Below, one piece after another: positions 51,019-63,724 of a stretch of DNA of 64,000 nt. The translations under genes were made by a program, and so were the position numbers. Every line of letters begins with the position of its first letter. Positions within the stretch are counted from its first letter, which is position 1. The stretch is from assembly GCF_054482595.1 (NCBI RefSeq), contig NZ_CM137008.1; one strand, written 5' to 3'. Below the pieces are notes generated by a model, which saw only the letters and a list, made by a program, of their open reading frames with translations, did not search any database and was not told the origin of the DNA.

Positions 51019-51203
51019 AGCGATCTCAATGTTACCGTGTAACTCTTTACAGAATATCAGCTTTTTAGGCCAGTGAAGAAAAGAATCTCCATCCTGTGAG
51101 CTTTAACGCCCATGCCAGGAGTATTGTCGGTGCTTTCTACGTGTGCTGTAGTGCCGGTTACGGTATAATCGCGGCTTTGACAACAGACTAAAAAACATCA
51201 ACT

Positions 51204-52964
51204 TTGACCATTACGAAACTTGCATGGCGTGACCTGGTTCCTGATACCGATAGCTATCAGGAAATATTTGCTCAGCCACATTTGATTGACGAAAACGATC
51301 CTTTATTCAGTGATACTCAACCGCGGCTGCAATTTGCGCTGGAGCAGTTGCTGCATACGCGAGCATCCTCCTCTTTTATGCTGGCGAAGGCCCCGGAAGA
51401 GTCTGAGTATCTGAATCTTATTGCCAATGCCGCGCGTACGCTACAAAGCGATGCAGGCCAACTCGTGGGCGGTCACTATGAGGTTTCCGGCCACACCATC
51501 CGCTTACGTAACGCAGTGAGTGCAGATGATAATTTTGCGACTTTAACGCAAGTTGTCGCTGCCGACTGGGTAGAAGCGGAGCAACTCTTTGGCTGCCTGC
51601 GCCAGTTTAATGGCGACATTACCCTGCAGCCTGGTCTGGTGCATCAGGCAAATGGCGGTATTCTCATCATCTCTTTGCGTACACTGCTGGCGCAACCTCT
51701 GCTGTGGATGCGGCTGAAAAATATCGTTAACCGCGAGCGTTTTGACTGGGTTGCGTTTGATGAGTCGCGCCCTCTCCCCGTCTCTGTGCCTTCGATGCCA
51801 TTGAAGCTGAAAGTCATTCTGGTAGGCGAACGCGAATCATTGGCTGATTTCCAGGAGATGGAGCCAGAGCTTTCAGAGCAGGCTATTTATAGCGAATTTG
51901 AAGATACTCTGCAGATTGTCGATGCGGAGTCAGTAAGCCAGTGGTGTCGCTGGGTGACATTTACCGCCAGACATAATCACTTACCTGCACCGGGAGCGGA
52001 TGCCTGGCCGATACTTATCCGCGAAGCAGCACGCTACACCGGTGAACAAGAAACACTTCCGCTTAGCCCGCAGTGGATCCTCCGCCAGTGTAAAGAGGTC
52101 GCCTCCCTGTGCGATGGCGACACCTTCTCCGGCGAGCAGCTAAACTTAATGCTGCAGCAGCGTGAATGGCGCGAGGGTTTCCTCGCTGAACGCATGCAGG
52201 ATGAGATCCTTCAGGAGCAAATCCTGATTGAAACCGAAGGCGAACGCATCGGGCAAATTAACGCCCTTTCGGTCATTGAATTTCCGGGTCATCCACGCGC
52301 TTTTGGCGAACCTTCTCGCATTAGCTGCGTTGTGCATATTGGCGATGGTGAATTCACCGACATCGAACGCAAAGCGGAGCTTGGCGGCAATATCCATGCG
52401 AAAGGGATGATGATCATGCAGGCGTTCCTGATGTCGGAACTACAGCTTGAGCAACAGATCCCCTTCTCAGCATCGCTGACATTTGAGCAGTCATACAGTG
52501 AAGTTGATGGAGATAGTGCCTCGATGGCTGAACTCTGCGCCCTGATAAGCGCCCTCGCTGATGTGCCGGTGAATCAGAGTATCGCTATCACAGGTTCAGT
52601 CGATCAGTTCGGTCGCGCCCAGCCGGTCGGTGGTTTAAATGAGAAAATCGAAGGCTTCTTTGCTATTTGCCAGCAACGTGAGTTAACGGGTAAACAAGGT
52701 GTCATTATCCCCACTGCTAACGTTCGCCATTTAAGTCTTCACAGTGAACTGGTGAAAGCGGTAGAAGAAGGCAAATTCACCATCTGGGCAGTAGACGATG
52801 TGACTGACGCACTGCCGTTATTATTAAATCTGGTGTGGGATGGCGAAGGCCAAACGACGCTGATGCAAACCATCCAGGAACGTATCGCGCAAGCATCGCA
52901 ACAGGAAGGACGTCACCGTTTTCCATGGCCATTACGTTGGCTGAACTGGTTTATTCCGAACTGA
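51204..52964 (+). CDS. ycbZ: YcbZ (LonH), Lon protease homolog (586 aa)
   Basis: Lon-like C-terminal S16 domain. Confidence 0.85.
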
Positions 52965-53032
52965 TCGGACTTGTTCAGCGTACACGTGTTAGCTATCCTG
53001 CGTGCTTCAATAAAATAAGGCTTACAGAGAAC

Positions 53033-53551
53033 ATGGTAGATAAACGCGAATCCTATACAAAAGAAGACCTTCTTGCCTCTGGTCGCGGTGAACTGTTTGG
53101 CGCTAAAGGCCCGCAATTGCCAGCACCGAACATGCTGATGATGGACCGTGTGGTCAAAATGACCGAAACGGGTGGTAACTTCGACAAAGGGTATGTTGAA
53201 GCAGAACTGGATATCAATCCGGATCTGTGGTTCTTCGGATGCCACTTTATTGGCGATCCGGTTATGCCGGGATGCCTGGGCCTGGACGCAATGTGGCAGC
53301 TGGTAGGGTTCTACCTCGGCTGGCTGGGCGGCGAAGGTAAAGGCCGCGCGCTGGGCGTTGGCGAAGTGAAATTCACTGGTCAGGTACTGCCGACAGCGAA
53401 AAAAGTGACCTACCGTATTCACTTTAAACGCATTGTTAATCGTCGTCTGATTATGGGTCTGGCAGATGGCGAAGTGCTGGTTGATGGTCGTCTGATCTAT
53501 ACCGCCAGCGACCTGAAAGTCGGTCTGTTCCAGGATACGTCTGCCTTCTGA
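53033..53551 (+). CDS. fabA: 3-hydroxydecanoyl-ACP dehydratase/isomerase FabA (172 aa)
   Basis: Start at [30 protein letters not shown]; ORF-track start 52835 is an upstream in-frame extension. Confidence 0.95.
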
Positions 53552-53582
53552 TTATAATCAGACAGAGTATCAAAAGGCGAAA

Positions 53583-53608
53583 CCTCCGCAATGCGGAGGT
53601 TTCTTTTT
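53583..53608. terminator. Bidirectional terminator between convergent fabA and rmf
   Basis: CCTCCGCAATGCGGAGG hairpin flanked by A-run and T-run. Confidence 0.8.
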
Positions 53609-53620
53609 AAAGAGACAGAA

Positions 53621-53788
53621 TCAGGCCATTACTACCCTGTCCGCCATGGCTTCTCGCCAGCCTCCCAGCCATTGTGACCTTTGATTCAGCGTCTGATAGG
53701 GACACATTTCTTTTGAGCGTCCGGCGATGCCGGCCTGATAACCACGTTGATGTGCCCGTTCCAGGCGATCTCGTTTTTGTCTCTTCAT
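53621..53788 (-). CDS. rmf: Ribosome modulation factor Rmf (55 aa)
   Basis: Reverse translation MKRQKRDRLERA...GGWREAMADRVVMA; below ORF-track cutoff. Confidence 0.9.
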   Translation of the reverse strand: MKRQKRDRLERAHQRGYQAGIAGRSKEMCPYQTLNQRSQWLGGWREAMADRVVMA

Positions 53789-53987
53789 GCCTCGTTTCCC
53801 TCATACTGGTTTCTGGTGGAAAAGAAAACAGTGATTACTAAATGTGCAATCACAGTTAAGCAATACCGCGAATCATAACTGCCGTCAATGCGCAAAATTC
53901 ACGCCACTGTCATATTTGTGAGCTACACGGGCATGTCGGTTGTACAAAAAATGTGAAGAGGAACAAATTTTTCCGTACGTTAGAAAC

Positions 53988-54020
53988 AAAAAAACCGCCT
54001 CAGGCAACATACCGGAGACG
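53988..54020 (-). terminator. Probable terminator downstream of pqiC
   Basis: Imperfect hairpin CCGTCTC...GAGGCGG followed by U-run on minus strand. Confidence 0.45.
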
Positions 54021-54043
54021 GTTATATTTACAAATCTTTATAA

Positions 54044-54607
54044 TTAAGGTAGACGCTTTATCTCTTGAGCAATAGAAGCGGCTTCCTGACTCCAGACACC
54101 GGCCAGCACTTTAACCATCTCATCGTAACCATCCTGAGTTTGCACTCCTTCCAGACGGAACGGACGTTTGATCAGTTGTCCCTGGTGGTTCAACAGCCAC
54201 TCACCACTGACAATGACCTTGCCATCATAGCGACCGTTAAACTCCGTTACGGTAACATTGAGCGTGTCCTGGGCGCTTCCCAGAGGCTGGGAGGCAACCA
54301 CCCAGCCGGGCAGTTGCGTGCTCAGGTTGGCTACCAGGGTGTTGCGCAACTGTTGATCCAACGGGCTGGCCCACAAGTTGTTGTTGGCAATCACATACTT
54401 CACATCACTGGTTTGATAAACCACACCATTCCCCGCCAGATAGTCAGGTACAGCGACCTGCTCTACCCATAACAGGCGATTGCCCTGGCTGGCGGTACTT
54501 TGTGTACCGCTCTGCACCACAGGTAACTGGTAATAGTTTTTATTAATTTCGCCGGAGCTGCATCCGGCCAGCCACAGTGCTGCAATCGTCACTAGCCACT
54601 TTTTCAT
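54044..54607 (-). CDS. pqiC: PqiC (YmbA) lipoprotein (187 aa)
   Basis: Lipobox LAGC; operon position. Confidence 0.85.
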   Translation of the reverse strand: MKKWLVTIAALWLAGCSSGEINKNYYQLPVVQSGTQSTASQGNRLLWVEQVAVPDYLAGNGVVYQTSDVKYVIANNNLWASPLDQQLRNTLVANLSTQLPGWVVASQPLGSAQDTLNVTVTEFNGRYDGKVIVSGEWLLNHQGQLIKRPFRLEGVQTQDGYDEMVKVLAGVWSQEAASIAQEIKRLP

Positions 54608-56244
54608 TGTTTCGCCCTCTTCGGCTCTGGATCTTTTTTGTCCTTCGCTTCAAATACCAGCGCGTTACTCTTCTCATTGAGCGTTTTCAGCACCGGTTGC
54701 AGTTCTCGCAACACCTGATCAAGGCGCTGCATATCCGCCACCATCTTGTTGTAGGCTGCGGAGCCAGGCTGGAAGCCCTGCATGCTGCGATTCAATTCAC
54801 GCAACGTTGACTGCATATCCGTCGGCAACTGCTGCATCGACTGGCTGGCGAGGATCTTGTTCATGCTATCCAGCGTCGTTTGCAGGTTTTTCATTGTGCG
54901 CTGACTTTCAGAAAGCGTACTGGTTGCCTGTTCAATCATCGGATTCAATGGCAGTTTGTTGATCTTATCCAACGCTTCCATCAGTCGTTGCTGGATTTGC
55001 GCCAGGCCGCCACTAACGGTCGGGATAATCTGATAACCATTAAATTCACGAATACCGGTTATTGCAGGCGTATTTGGATAGAAATCGAGATCAACATACA
55101 GTGCGCCAGTGACCAGGTTTCCGGTTTTCAGCGATCCGCGTAAACCACGTTTCAACAATTCGCCAAGGTGCTCAACAACATCCGCATTTTCGCCAAGCTG
55201 CATTTTCAGCCGCTCTGGCTCGATACGAATCAGCACCGGAATACGGTAATCATCGTTAAATGTCTGACGCATATTCGGCGCAAAGAATGGCACTTTGCTT
55301 ACGGTACCCAGGCGAATACCCCGGAATTCTACCGGAGCTCCCGGTTGCAGACCGCGTACCGAATCTTTAAAGAACATCAGATAATCAATGTGATCGGTGT
55401 ACAACGAATCCTGAATGCTCTTCTGATCATCATACAAAACGAAAGCTGTTTTCGGTGCCACTGGCTGCCCTAAATCCAGACCTTCCGGCACATCAAAGCT
55501 GACACCGCCACTCAGCAGCGTTGTCAATGAGCCCATCTCCACACGCATTCCCGCTGACGTCAGATCAACCGCAATGCCACTATCTTTCCAGAAGCGAACA
55601 TTGCTGGTCACCAGTCGGTCATAAGGTGCATTGATGAACAGTTGATAACTGATATTGCGTTTTTGCGTATCGAAGGTGCTGGTTTCAACCGAACCTACCC
55701 GATAGCCACGGAACAGCACCGGATCTCCTGGCGAGAGCTGCCCGGCTTTTTTGCTATCGAGAATCACACGGATACCTTTCGCATCAGGCGGGGCCAACGG
55801 TGGCGAGTCCAGCAAATCGTATTTATCCATTTTGCTGCCTTTCGCGCCTGGCTGCAGTTCGATATAAACCCCAGACAGCAGGGTTCCCAGACCGCTAATC
55901 CCTTCTCGACCAATCTGCGGTTTCACCACCCAAAAGACGGTATCTTTATGCAGCAATTTTTCCATACCGGAATTCAGCCGCGCTTTGATTTCAACGTGTG
56001 TCAAATCATCAGCGAGTGTGGCGCTTTCAACCACGCCGACGTCAACGCTACGGCTTTTAATGGTGGTTTTGCCACCTTCAATTCCTTCCGCATTCGCGGT
56101 GATCAGGGTCACTTCCGGTCCCTGATGGCTGTAATGATAAAAAAGAACCCAGGCCCCAATGAGCGCCGTGACGATAGGAAATATCCACACGGGAGACCAG
56201 TTCTTCACTTTCTGGATTTTGGCTTCCCCATTATTAGATTCCAT
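54604..56244 (-). CDS. pqiB: PqiB, MCE-domain intermembrane transport protein (546 aa)
   Basis: Start at MESNNGEAKIQKVKNWSPVW; three MCE domains. Confidence 0.9.
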   Translation of the reverse strand: MESNNGEAKIQKVKNWSPVWIFPIVTALIGAWVLFYHYSHQGPEVTLITANAEGIEGGKTTIKSRSVDVGVVESATLADDLTHVEIKARLNSGMEKLLHKDTVFWVVKPQIGREGISGLGTLLSGVYIELQPGAKGSKMDKYDLLDSPPLAPPDAKGIRVILDSKKAGQLSPGDPVLFRGYRVGSVETSTFDTQKRNISYQLFINAPYDRLVTSNVRFWKDSGIAVDLTSAGMRVEMGSLTTLLSGGVSFDVPEGLDLGQPVAPKTAFVLYDDQKSIQDSLYTDHIDYLMFFKDSVRGLQPGAPVEFRGIRLGTVSKVPFFAPNMRQTFNDDYRIPVLIRIEPERLKMQLGENADVVEHLGELLKRGLRGSLKTGNLVTGALYVDLDFYPNTPAITGIREFNGYQIIPTVSGGLAQIQQRLMEALDKINKLPLNPMIEQATSTLSESQRTMKNLQTTLDSMNKILASQSMQQLPTDMQSTLRELNRSMQGFQPGSAAYNKMVADMQRLDQVLRELQPVLKTLNEKSNALVFEAKDKKDPEPKRAKQ

Positions 56245-56248
56245 ACTG

Positions 56249-57502
56249 TCAGGACTCCTCATGCTCTGATTCAGGTTGACGATCCCACGACAAACGCGGG
56301 TCAAACGTCATAGCAGAAAACATTGTCATTATGACGACTAAAGCAAACATTAATGCACCCATTGCCGGATAAATACTCATTAAACCTCCCATACGCACCA
56401 GCGCCGAGAGCACCGCGATAACGAAAACGTCAATCATCGACCAGCGGCCTACAAACTCAACAACTTCATAAATCAAATGCATTCTTTCACTGTCGCGCTT
56501 GCCATGCCCTTTGGCATCCCAACACAGCCACGCGATGGCGATCATCTTTAACGTTGGCACCATAATACTGGCCAGAAAGATCACCGCAGCGACGGGATAA
56601 GAGCCTTCGCTCCATAACAGGATGACCCCAGCGAGAATCGTCGATGGCATCTTCGAGCCTAATAAATCCGTCACCATGATGGGCAAAATATTAGCCGGAA
56701 GATACAGCATGATGGACGTAACAAGCAGCGCGAGTGTCCATTGCAGGCTGTTTCTACGTCGAACGTACCCTTTGGTACTACAACGCGGGCACACGGGTTC
56801 GTCAGCAGGAAGGATTGCCGTACAACAGGAGCACGAACGCAGCCCCTGACGTATCCCCGTGACACCTGGTTTTAGCGGCTGGCGCAGTTCTGGCATCGGG
56901 GCGATATCGTCCCATAACCAGCGACGATCAACGCACTGAAAAGCACGCAGTTGCAGGACACAAAATAAACACCAGGGGAGAAAGCTGCTGCCTACGCCAA
57001 TGCTGCCGTAAGCCATCAGTTTAACGAAACTGACCAGCACACCCGCGAGGAAAATCTCCGCCATTCCCCAGGTTTTGAGTTGAAAAAGCACCCGTGCCAG
57101 TTGCTCTTTTAAACGGACCGGTAATTCCGCGCGATTCACCAGTAACAGAATGGTTATCAGACAAAACGCGGGAACCAGTTGCACAAACAACAGGAAAAAG
57201 GTGCCGAGGCTGGCGTAGTCCTCAGAAAAAAGCACGCCGGGAATTTCCAGTAATGTAATTTCACTGGTAACTCCTGCAACGTTCATATTCACAAAAGGAA
57301 ACAAGTTGGACAGCAACAGCATGAACAGTGCAGCCAACGCATAGGCGGTAGGACGCTGCCGGGGGGCATCCCACGCCACGGTTAACGTTGTGCCACACCG
57401 GGGACATGCCGCTTTCTGACCATGCTCAAGGCGCGGTAACGCCACCAGCATGTCACACTGCGAGCACAGGATGTGCTTCGCGGCATGATGATGTTCGCAC
57501 AT
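56249..57502 (-). CDS. pqiA: PqiA paraquat-inducible membrane protein (417 aa)
   Basis: Polytopic with Cys-rich zinc-ribbon-like motifs. Confidence 0.9.
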   Translation of the reverse strand: MCEHHHAAKHILCSQCDMLVALPRLEHGQKAACPRCGTTLTVAWDAPRQRPTAYALAALFMLLLSNLFPFVNMNVAGVTSEITLLEIPGVLFSEDYASLGTFFLLFVQLVPAFCLITILLLVNRAELPVRLKEQLARVLFQLKTWGMAEIFLAGVLVSFVKLMAYGSIGVGSSFLPWCLFCVLQLRAFQCVDRRWLWDDIAPMPELRQPLKPGVTGIRQGLRSCSCCTAILPADEPVCPRCSTKGYVRRRNSLQWTLALLVTSIMLYLPANILPIMVTDLLGSKMPSTILAGVILLWSEGSYPVAAVIFLASIMVPTLKMIAIAWLCWDAKGHGKRDSERMHLIYEVVEFVGRWSMIDVFVIAVLSALVRMGGLMSIYPAMGALMFALVVIMTMFSAMTFDPRLSWDRQPESEHEES

Positions 57503-57631
57503 TGGTACTCCTTAATGATGCGCTATTTTACAGATGACTAACAAAGTGTTGGTTTTCATGCCTGATAAACCCAGTTCATCAGGCAATTTTACCGTTGTCA
57601 GCTGTCTCTGTTTAAATCGACTATTTTGCGA

Positions 57632-59539
57632 TCAGCCACCATTTTTTAACGCTTCAAGATACTCCCAGCGTTCAAAGGCTTGCTCCAGCTCCTGCTCTGC
57701 AGCAGCCATATCAGCGAGCACTTTTTGTGTCTGCTCATGCGGCTGACTGAAGAAGGAAGCATCCGCCACCTGCGTCTGTAGGGCTTCCAGCTTCGCCTCC
57801 AGATCTTCGAGCAATTGCGGTAGCTGCTCCAGTTCGCGCTGCAATTTATAGCTTAGTTTGCTACTGCTGCGTTTTACAGTTTCTGCTTTTGGCGCGGCGG
57901 CTTCTTCGTTTTTTTTCACCGCAGGCTGTTTGAGCGCCACATACTGCTCTTGCTGAGCACGGGCATCATGATAACCGCCGACATAACGACCAATTTTACC
58001 GCCGCCTTCGAAGATCCAGCATTCTGTAACGGTGTTATCAACAAACTGACGATCGTGGCTTACCAGCAATACCGTGCCCTGGTAGCTGTCGATCAGTTCT
58101 TCCAGCAGTTCCAGCGTTTCGACATCAAGATCGTTGGTCGGTTCGTCAAGAATCAATAAGTTGCTTGGTTTGAGGAACAAACGCGCCAGCAGCAAGCGGT
58201 TCCGCTCACCGCCAGAAAGCGCACGTACTGGCGTCATCGCCCGTTTCGGATGGAACAGGAAGTCCTGCAAATAGCCCAAAACGTGGCGTGGCTTGCCGTT
58301 AACCATCACCTCTTGCTTACCTTCGGCAAGGTTATCCATCACCGTTTTATCGGGATCCAGTTCCGCGCGGTGCTGATCGAAATAAGCCACTTCCAGTTTG
58401 GTGCCAACGTGAATACGCCCGCTGTCCGCTTGAAGCTGACCGAGCATCAGTTTCAGCAGCGTGGTTTTGCCGCAGCCATTCGGCCCAATCAGGGCAATTT
58501 TGTCGCCACGTAGAACCTGGGCAGAAAAATCTTTCACCAGTTGCTTTCCGTCAACCTGGTAGCAAACGTCTTCCATTTCGAAAACGATCTTACCGGAGCG
58601 GCTGGCCTCTTCCACCTGCATCTTTGCGGTACCCATCACTTCGCGACGTTCGCCACGCTCGCGACGCATCGCTTTCAGGGCGCGTACGCGGCCTTCATTA
58701 CGGGTACGGCGTGCTTTGATCCCCTGGCGAATCCACACTTCTTCCTGCGCCAGTTTGCGATCGAACTCGGCATTTTGTAGTTCTTCCACGCGCAGGGCTT
58801 CTTCTTTTTCCAGCAGGTACTGATCGTAATTGCCCGGATAGGTCACCAGCTTGCCGCGATCGAGATCAACAATGCGCGTCGCCATATTGCGGATAAACGA
58901 ACGGTCGTGGGAGATGAAAATAATCGTCCCATTGAAGGTTTTGAGGAACCCTTCCAGCCAGTCGATGGTTTCGATATCCAGGTGGTTAGTCGGTTCGTCC
59001 AGCAGCAATACGCGCGGATTGCTCACCAGCGCGCGTCCTAATGCCGCTTTACGCAACCAGCCGCCGGAAAGCGACGACAGCGCAACGTTAGGATCTAACC
59101 CCAGTTGCGCCAGCACTTCGTTGATGCGGTTTTCCAGCTGCCACAGGTTGTGGTGATCCAGCTGTTCCTGAACCTTTGCCAGTTCGTTGAGATTTTTCTC
59201 GCTCGGGTCGTTCATCACCAGGCGCGAAATATCGTGATAGCGTTTCAGGTATTCCGCTTGTTCTTCAATGCCTTCGGCAACGAAATCATAAACACTACCC
59301 TCAACGTTACGCGGCGGATCCTGTTGCAGACGCGCTACAATCAAATCCTGCTCGTAAATAATGCGACCGTCATCCAGCCCTTGTTCACGGTTGAGGATTT
59401 TCATTAACGTCGATTTGCCTGCGCCGTTGCGGCCCACCAGACAAACACGTTCGTTATCTTCGATATGCAGTTCTGCGTTATCGAGAAGCGGCGCGTCGCT
59501 GAACGACAGCCATGCGCCATGCATACTGATTAATGACAT
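57632..59539 (-). CDS. uup: ABC-F ATPase Uup (635 aa)
   Basis: Two ABC cassettes (Walker A GRNGAGKST and GPNGCGKTT) plus C-terminal coiled coil. Confidence 0.9.
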   Translation of the reverse strand: MSLISMHGAWLSFSDAPLLDNAELHIEDNERVCLVGRNGAGKSTLMKILNREQGLDDGRIIYEQDLIVARLQQDPPRNVEGSVYDFVAEGIEEQAEYLKRYHDISRLVMNDPSEKNLNELAKVQEQLDHHNLWQLENRINEVLAQLGLDPNVALSSLSGGWLRKAALGRALVSNPRVLLLDEPTNHLDIETIDWLEGFLKTFNGTIIFISHDRSFIRNMATRIVDLDRGKLVTYPGNYDQYLLEKEEALRVEELQNAEFDRKLAQEEVWIRQGIKARRTRNEGRVRALKAMRRERGERREVMGTAKMQVEEASRSGKIVFEMEDVCYQVDGKQLVKDFSAQVLRGDKIALIGPNGCGKTTLLKLMLGQLQADSGRIHVGTKLEVAYFDQHRAELDPDKTVMDNLAEGKQEVMVNGKPRHVLGYLQDFLFHPKRAMTPVRALSGGERNRLLLARLFLKPSNLLILDEPTNDLDVETLELLEELIDSYQGTVLLVSHDRQFVDNTVTECWIFEGGGKIGRYVGGYHDARAQQEQYVALKQPAVKKNEEAAAPKAETVKRSSSKLSYKLQRELEQLPQLLEDLEAKLEALQTQVADASFFSQPHEQTQKVLADMAAAEQELEQAFERWEYLEALKNGG

Positions 59540-59550
59540 TACTATTCCTT

Positions 59551-61659
59551 TCAGGCTGCGGTAATCAGCCAGCAGTTGTGGATCTGGCGGTTACGGGCGA
59601 AATCCTGGGAGAGCGTTTTTTGCGTAATTTCTTGTGCTTTCAGTCCCAGTTTTGCCAGACCGTCGAGATCCATACGGAAGCCACGTTTGTTGTTCGAGAA
59701 CATGATCGTCCCACCTGCACGCAGCAGACGTTTCAAATCTTTCATCAGCGCCAGATGATCGCGCTGAACATCAAACGCATCTTCCATTCGTTTTGAGTTA
59801 GAGAAGGTTGGCGGATCGATAAAGATCAGATCGAACTGTTCATTTGCCTCACGCAGCCACGCCAGACAATCGGCCTGAATCAGGCGATGCGCACGCCCGG
59901 TCAGGCCATTCAGACGCAGGTTGCGTTCTGCCCACTCCAGATAAGTACGCGACATATCCACGGTGGTGGTGCTGCGTGCACCGCCTAATCCCGCATGCAC
60001 GGTGGCGCTGCCGGTATAAGAAAACAGGTTGAGGAAATCTTTGCCTTTGCTCATCTGACCGAGCATACGGCGGGCGATACGGTGATCGAGGAACAGACCA
60101 GTATCGAGATAATCCGTCAGGTTCACCCACAAGTGAGCGTTATATTCGGTAACTTCAAGAAACTCGCCCTTCTCGCCCAGTTTCTGGTACTGGTTTTTGC
60201 CCTTCTGGCGTTCACGGGTTTTCAGCACCAGTTTGTTTGGCGCAATCCCCAGTACCGAAATGGTTACAGCGATAATATCGAACAGACGCTGACGCGCTTT
60301 GTGAGCATCAATAGTTTTTGGCGGTGCATACTCCTGCACCACCACCCAGTCGGCATAACGGTCAACGGCAACGTTATATTCCGGCAGATCGGCGTCATAC
60401 AGGCGGTAACATTCAATTCCTTCCTGGCGAGCCCACTTCTCGAATTTTTTGAGGTTCTTACGCAGGCGGTTGGCGTAATCTTCCGCTACCATCGCCGGTT
60501 TGCTGTCTGGAGTGCTTTCGGCAACGTGGTAATTTTTCTGTACGCAGTCCAGCGGGCCGTTTTTCGCCTTGTACTGTTTGTCTGCACGCAGCTGCAAGCA
60601 GCTTAGCAGATCCGGCGAGGCACTAAACAAAGAGAGATTCCAGCCACCAAACTGGTTTTTCATGATCCGACCCAGCAGGCTATGCAGCGCAATCAGCGCC
60701 GGTTCGCTGTCCAGACGTTCCCCGTATGGCGGGTTGCTCAACACTGTGCCGTACGGCCCTTTCGGCAGCGGATTGGTCAGTTGCGCGACATCTTTCACCT
60801 CAAAGGTGATCAGTTCACCAATCCCCGCAAGACGGGCGTTAGTGCGTGCACGTTGAATCACCCGTGCGTCGCTGTCCGAACCGTAAAAATGAGAGCTATA
60901 CTCAGCCAGGCCTTTACGGGCGCGAGTTTGCGCTTCCGCTTTCACTTCCTGCCAAATAGCTTCATCATGCTGCGCCCAGCCGCTAAAGCCCCAACGCCCA
61001 CGGTGCAAGCCTGGTGCGCGATCGGTCGCCAGCATCGCCGCTTCAATCAGCAACGTACCGGAACCACACATCGGATCGAGCAGCGGTGTTCCTGGCTGCC
61101 AGCCGGATCGCATCACAATAGCGGCTGCCAGGGTTTCTTTGATCGGCGCAATACCAGCACGATCGCGATAGCCACGCAGATGTAAACCATCACCACTGAG
61201 ATCAAGGGCGATACTGGCGGTTTCTTTATGCAGCCAGACGTTAACGCGGATATCCGGCGCATCGCGATCAACATTTGGACGCGGCAGATTTTTCCGCGTG
61301 AAAGCATCGACGATCGCGTCTTTCACTTTCATCGCGCCGTACTGACTGTTGCGGATGGTGTCATTCAAACCACTGAAGTGGACAGCGAAGGTCGCGCCAG
61401 GATTAAACATCTCTGTCCAGTTGATCGCCTGAACACCGAGATAGAGGTCTAAATCGCTGTAAACCTTACACTCGCCCAGCGGCAACATAATACGCGAGGC
61501 CAGGCGGCTCCACATCAGGCTCTGGTAAACAAGCCGTGTGTCGCCCTTGAAATGGACCCCACCCTGAACCACCTGGCATTCAACGGCCCCCAGGTTTTCC
61601 AGTTCAGTTTTTAACAGCTCTTCCAGCCCACGGGCCGTACTGGCAAACAGAGAATTCAT
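59551..61659 (-). CDS. rlmL: Bifunctional 23S rRNA methyltransferase RlmKL (702 aa)
   Basis: THUMP + two MTase domains; size. Confidence 0.9.
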   Translation of the reverse strand: MNSLFASTARGLEELLKTELENLGAVECQVVQGGVHFKGDTRLVYQSLMWSRLASRIMLPLGECKVYSDLDLYLGVQAINWTEMFNPGATFAVHFSGLNDTIRNSQYGAMKVKDAIVDAFTRKNLPRPNVDRDAPDIRVNVWLHKETASIALDLSGDGLHLRGYRDRAGIAPIKETLAAAIVMRSGWQPGTPLLDPMCGSGTLLIEAAMLATDRAPGLHRGRWGFSGWAQHDEAIWQEVKAEAQTRARKGLAEYSSHFYGSDSDARVIQRARTNARLAGIGELITFEVKDVAQLTNPLPKGPYGTVLSNPPYGERLDSEPALIALHSLLGRIMKNQFGGWNLSLFSASPDLLSCLQLRADKQYKAKNGPLDCVQKNYHVAESTPDSKPAMVAEDYANRLRKNLKKFEKWARQEGIECYRLYDADLPEYNVAVDRYADWVVVQEYAPPKTIDAHKARQRLFDIIAVTISVLGIAPNKLVLKTRERQKGKNQYQKLGEKGEFLEVTEYNAHLWVNLTDYLDTGLFLDHRIARRMLGQMSKGKDFLNLFSYTGSATVHAGLGGARSTTTVDMSRTYLEWAERNLRLNGLTGRAHRLIQADCLAWLREANEQFDLIFIDPPTFSNSKRMEDAFDVQRDHLALMKDLKRLLRAGGTIMFSNNKRGFRMDLDGLAKLGLKAQEITQKTLSQDFARNRQIHNCWLITAA

Positions 61660-61902
61660 ATCGTCACTTTTACTCTAAGAGCCTACCGCAGTAGGCGTAA
61701 TTGTTGCAGTCAGTCTGGACATGGACAGCGCGGAGAAACCGGAGCGTACACAAGTACGTGAGGATTTCGAGCACAACCCAGGGCCAAACTGACAAATAAA
61801 ATAGCCTAATGGGACAGGCGCTAAGAAAATTGTTGCGCATTATAGCTAATAAGCGCGTCATGTCATAAAGTTGAGGGCTTATTTTCATTTGAGGACCACA
61901 CC

Positions 61903-63012
61903 GTGGCGACATTAACCCGGCTTTTTATTCATCCTGTTAAATCGATGCGCGGCATTGGTCTTACACATGCTCTGGCTGATGTCAGTGGTCTGGCCTTCGA
62001 TCGCATCTTTATGATCACGGAACCTGACGGTACGTTTATTACCGCTCGCCAGTTTCCCCAGATGGTACGGTTTACTCCTTCACCTGTGCATGATGGCTTG
62101 CATCTCACCGCACCAGATGGCAGTAGCGCATATGTTCGTTTTGCTGATTTCGCCACACAAGACGCACCAACCGAAGTTTGGGGCACACATTTTACCGCGC
62201 GAATTGCGCCAGACGCGATCAACAAATGGCTAAGTGGATTTTTCTCCCGCGAAGTGCAATTACGCTGGGTGGGGCCACAAATGACCCGGCGCGTGAAACG
62301 CCACAACACTGTACCTCTGTCATTTGCTGATGGCTATCCTTACCTTCTTGCTAACGAAGCCTCGTTACGTGATCTCCAACAACGTTGTCCGGCCAGTGTA
62401 AAAATGGAGCAATTCCGCCCCAATCTGGTGGTTTCCGGCGCGTCAGCCTGGGAAGAAGATCGCTGGAAAGTGATTCGCATTGGTGATGTGGTGTTTGATG
62501 TGGTTAAACCTTGTAGCCGCTGTATTTTCACCACCGTCAGCCCAGAAAAAGGGCAAAAACATCCGGCAGGCGAACCATTAAAAACATTGCAATCTTTCCG
62601 CACTGCCCAGGATAACGGCGATGTCGATTTTGGTCAGAATTTAATTGCCCGTAATAGCGGCGTGATTCGCGTTGGCGATGAGGTGGAAATTCTGGCAACG
62701 GCTCCGGCAAAAATTTACGGCGCAGCTGCCGCTGATGATACTGCCAACATCACGCAACAACCGGACGCCAATGTAGATATTGACTGGCAGGGACAGGCAT
62801 TTCGTGGAAATAACCAACAGGTGTTGCTGGAGCAATTAGAAAATCAGGGAATTCGTATCCCTTATTCTTGCCGCGCGGGCATTTGTGGAAGTTGCCGTGT
62901 TCAGCTTTTAGAAGGCGAAGTCACGCCGCTGAAAAAATCAGCAATGGGCGATGATGGCACCATTCTTTGCTGTAGCTGTGTACCGAAGACTGCACTTAAG
63001 TTGGCGCGTTAG
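61903..63012 (+). CDS. ycbX: YcbX, MOSC-domain protein with C-terminal 2Fe-2S ferredoxin domain (369 aa)
   Basis: C-terminal CRAGICGSC ferredoxin motif. Confidence 0.85.
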   Translation: MATLTRLFIHPVKSMRGIGLTHALADVSGLAFDRIFMITEPDGTFITARQFPQMVRFTPSPVHDGLHLTAPDGSSAYVRFADFATQDAPTEVWGTHFTARIAPDAINKWLSGFFSREVQLRWVGPQMTRRVKRHNTVPLSFADGYPYLLANEASLRDLQQRCPASVKMEQFRPNLVVSGASAWEEDRWKVIRIGDVVFDVVKPCSRCIFTTVSPEKGQKHPAGEPLKTLQSFRTAQDNGDVDFGQNLIARNSGVIRVGDEVEILATAPAKIYGAAAADDTANITQQPDANVDIDWQGQAFRGNNQQVLLEQLENQGIRIPYSCRAGICGSCRVQLLEGEVTPLKKSAMGDDGTILCCSCVPKTALKLAR

Positions 63013-63551
63013 ACTGCCTGTTCGAGGCTGAAGCTGTCAACATTAACCTGCGGTTTCAGCCTGTCGTTCATGATTTTAATGGCGTCGCCCAACTGCATCG
63101 CGCGACCCGCAATAACAACGCAGGGTTGTGCCAGCAGGCATAGCGCGGCATTCTCGCCAGATTCAACGACCAGTAAATTCACTTGCTCGTTAGTGTCGCT
63201 CAACCAAACGCAGGCCGCATCCCCCGGCATGGGCACCCACATTTCACCATGGGAAACAAAATGCCAGCTTTTCGGCATTTGCGGTTTGAGATAGCGAATT
63301 GCTACCAGTGCATTCAGCACCAGTTCGGCTTTTTGTTCTTTAGATAAATTAAAATCGCGGCACTTTTCTTCAAAAGAGAAATAGAGCGCGGCGTCGTCAA
63401 CGCAAAAGCCTGCGGGAGAAAAGGCATCTGGAGTCAACATCTTGCGCGCAAAACGTGAGCGAAATAGCATACCATTGGCTAAATCGAGCATCATACGATC
63501 GTGCTCTTCATCGTAATACCAACGCCAGTTATCGTCTGGTTTAATTCGCAT
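63009..63551 (-). CDS. zapC: ZapC cell division protein (180 aa)
   Basis: Start at [24 protein letters not shown]. Confidence 0.85.
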   Translation of the reverse strand: MRIKPDDNWRWYYDEEHDRMMLDLANGMLFRSRFARKMLTPDAFSPAGFCVDDAALYFSFEEKCRDFNLSKEQKAELVLNALVAIRYLKPQMPKSWHFVSHGEMWVPMPGDAACVWLSDTNEQVNLLVVESGENAALCLLAQPCVVIAGRAMQLGDAIKIMNDRLKPQVNVDSFSLEQAV

Positions 63552-63724
63552 CTGCCTCTCCCCAACCTTATAAAACCGCAGCAACACAATCCATTGTCGC
63601 TTCGCTTAATAACCTCAACAATAAAAGTACAAAATGTCTAAATAAGCAACAGTGATGAATATAAAACAACCAGGGCTGAAAATAAAGCCCTGATTATCTT
63701 ATAAAGAGGAATTCGAAGAAATAA

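Noticed and set aside
59995-60606. 203-aa ORF on + strand
   Set aside because: Antisense within rlmL; spurious open frame.
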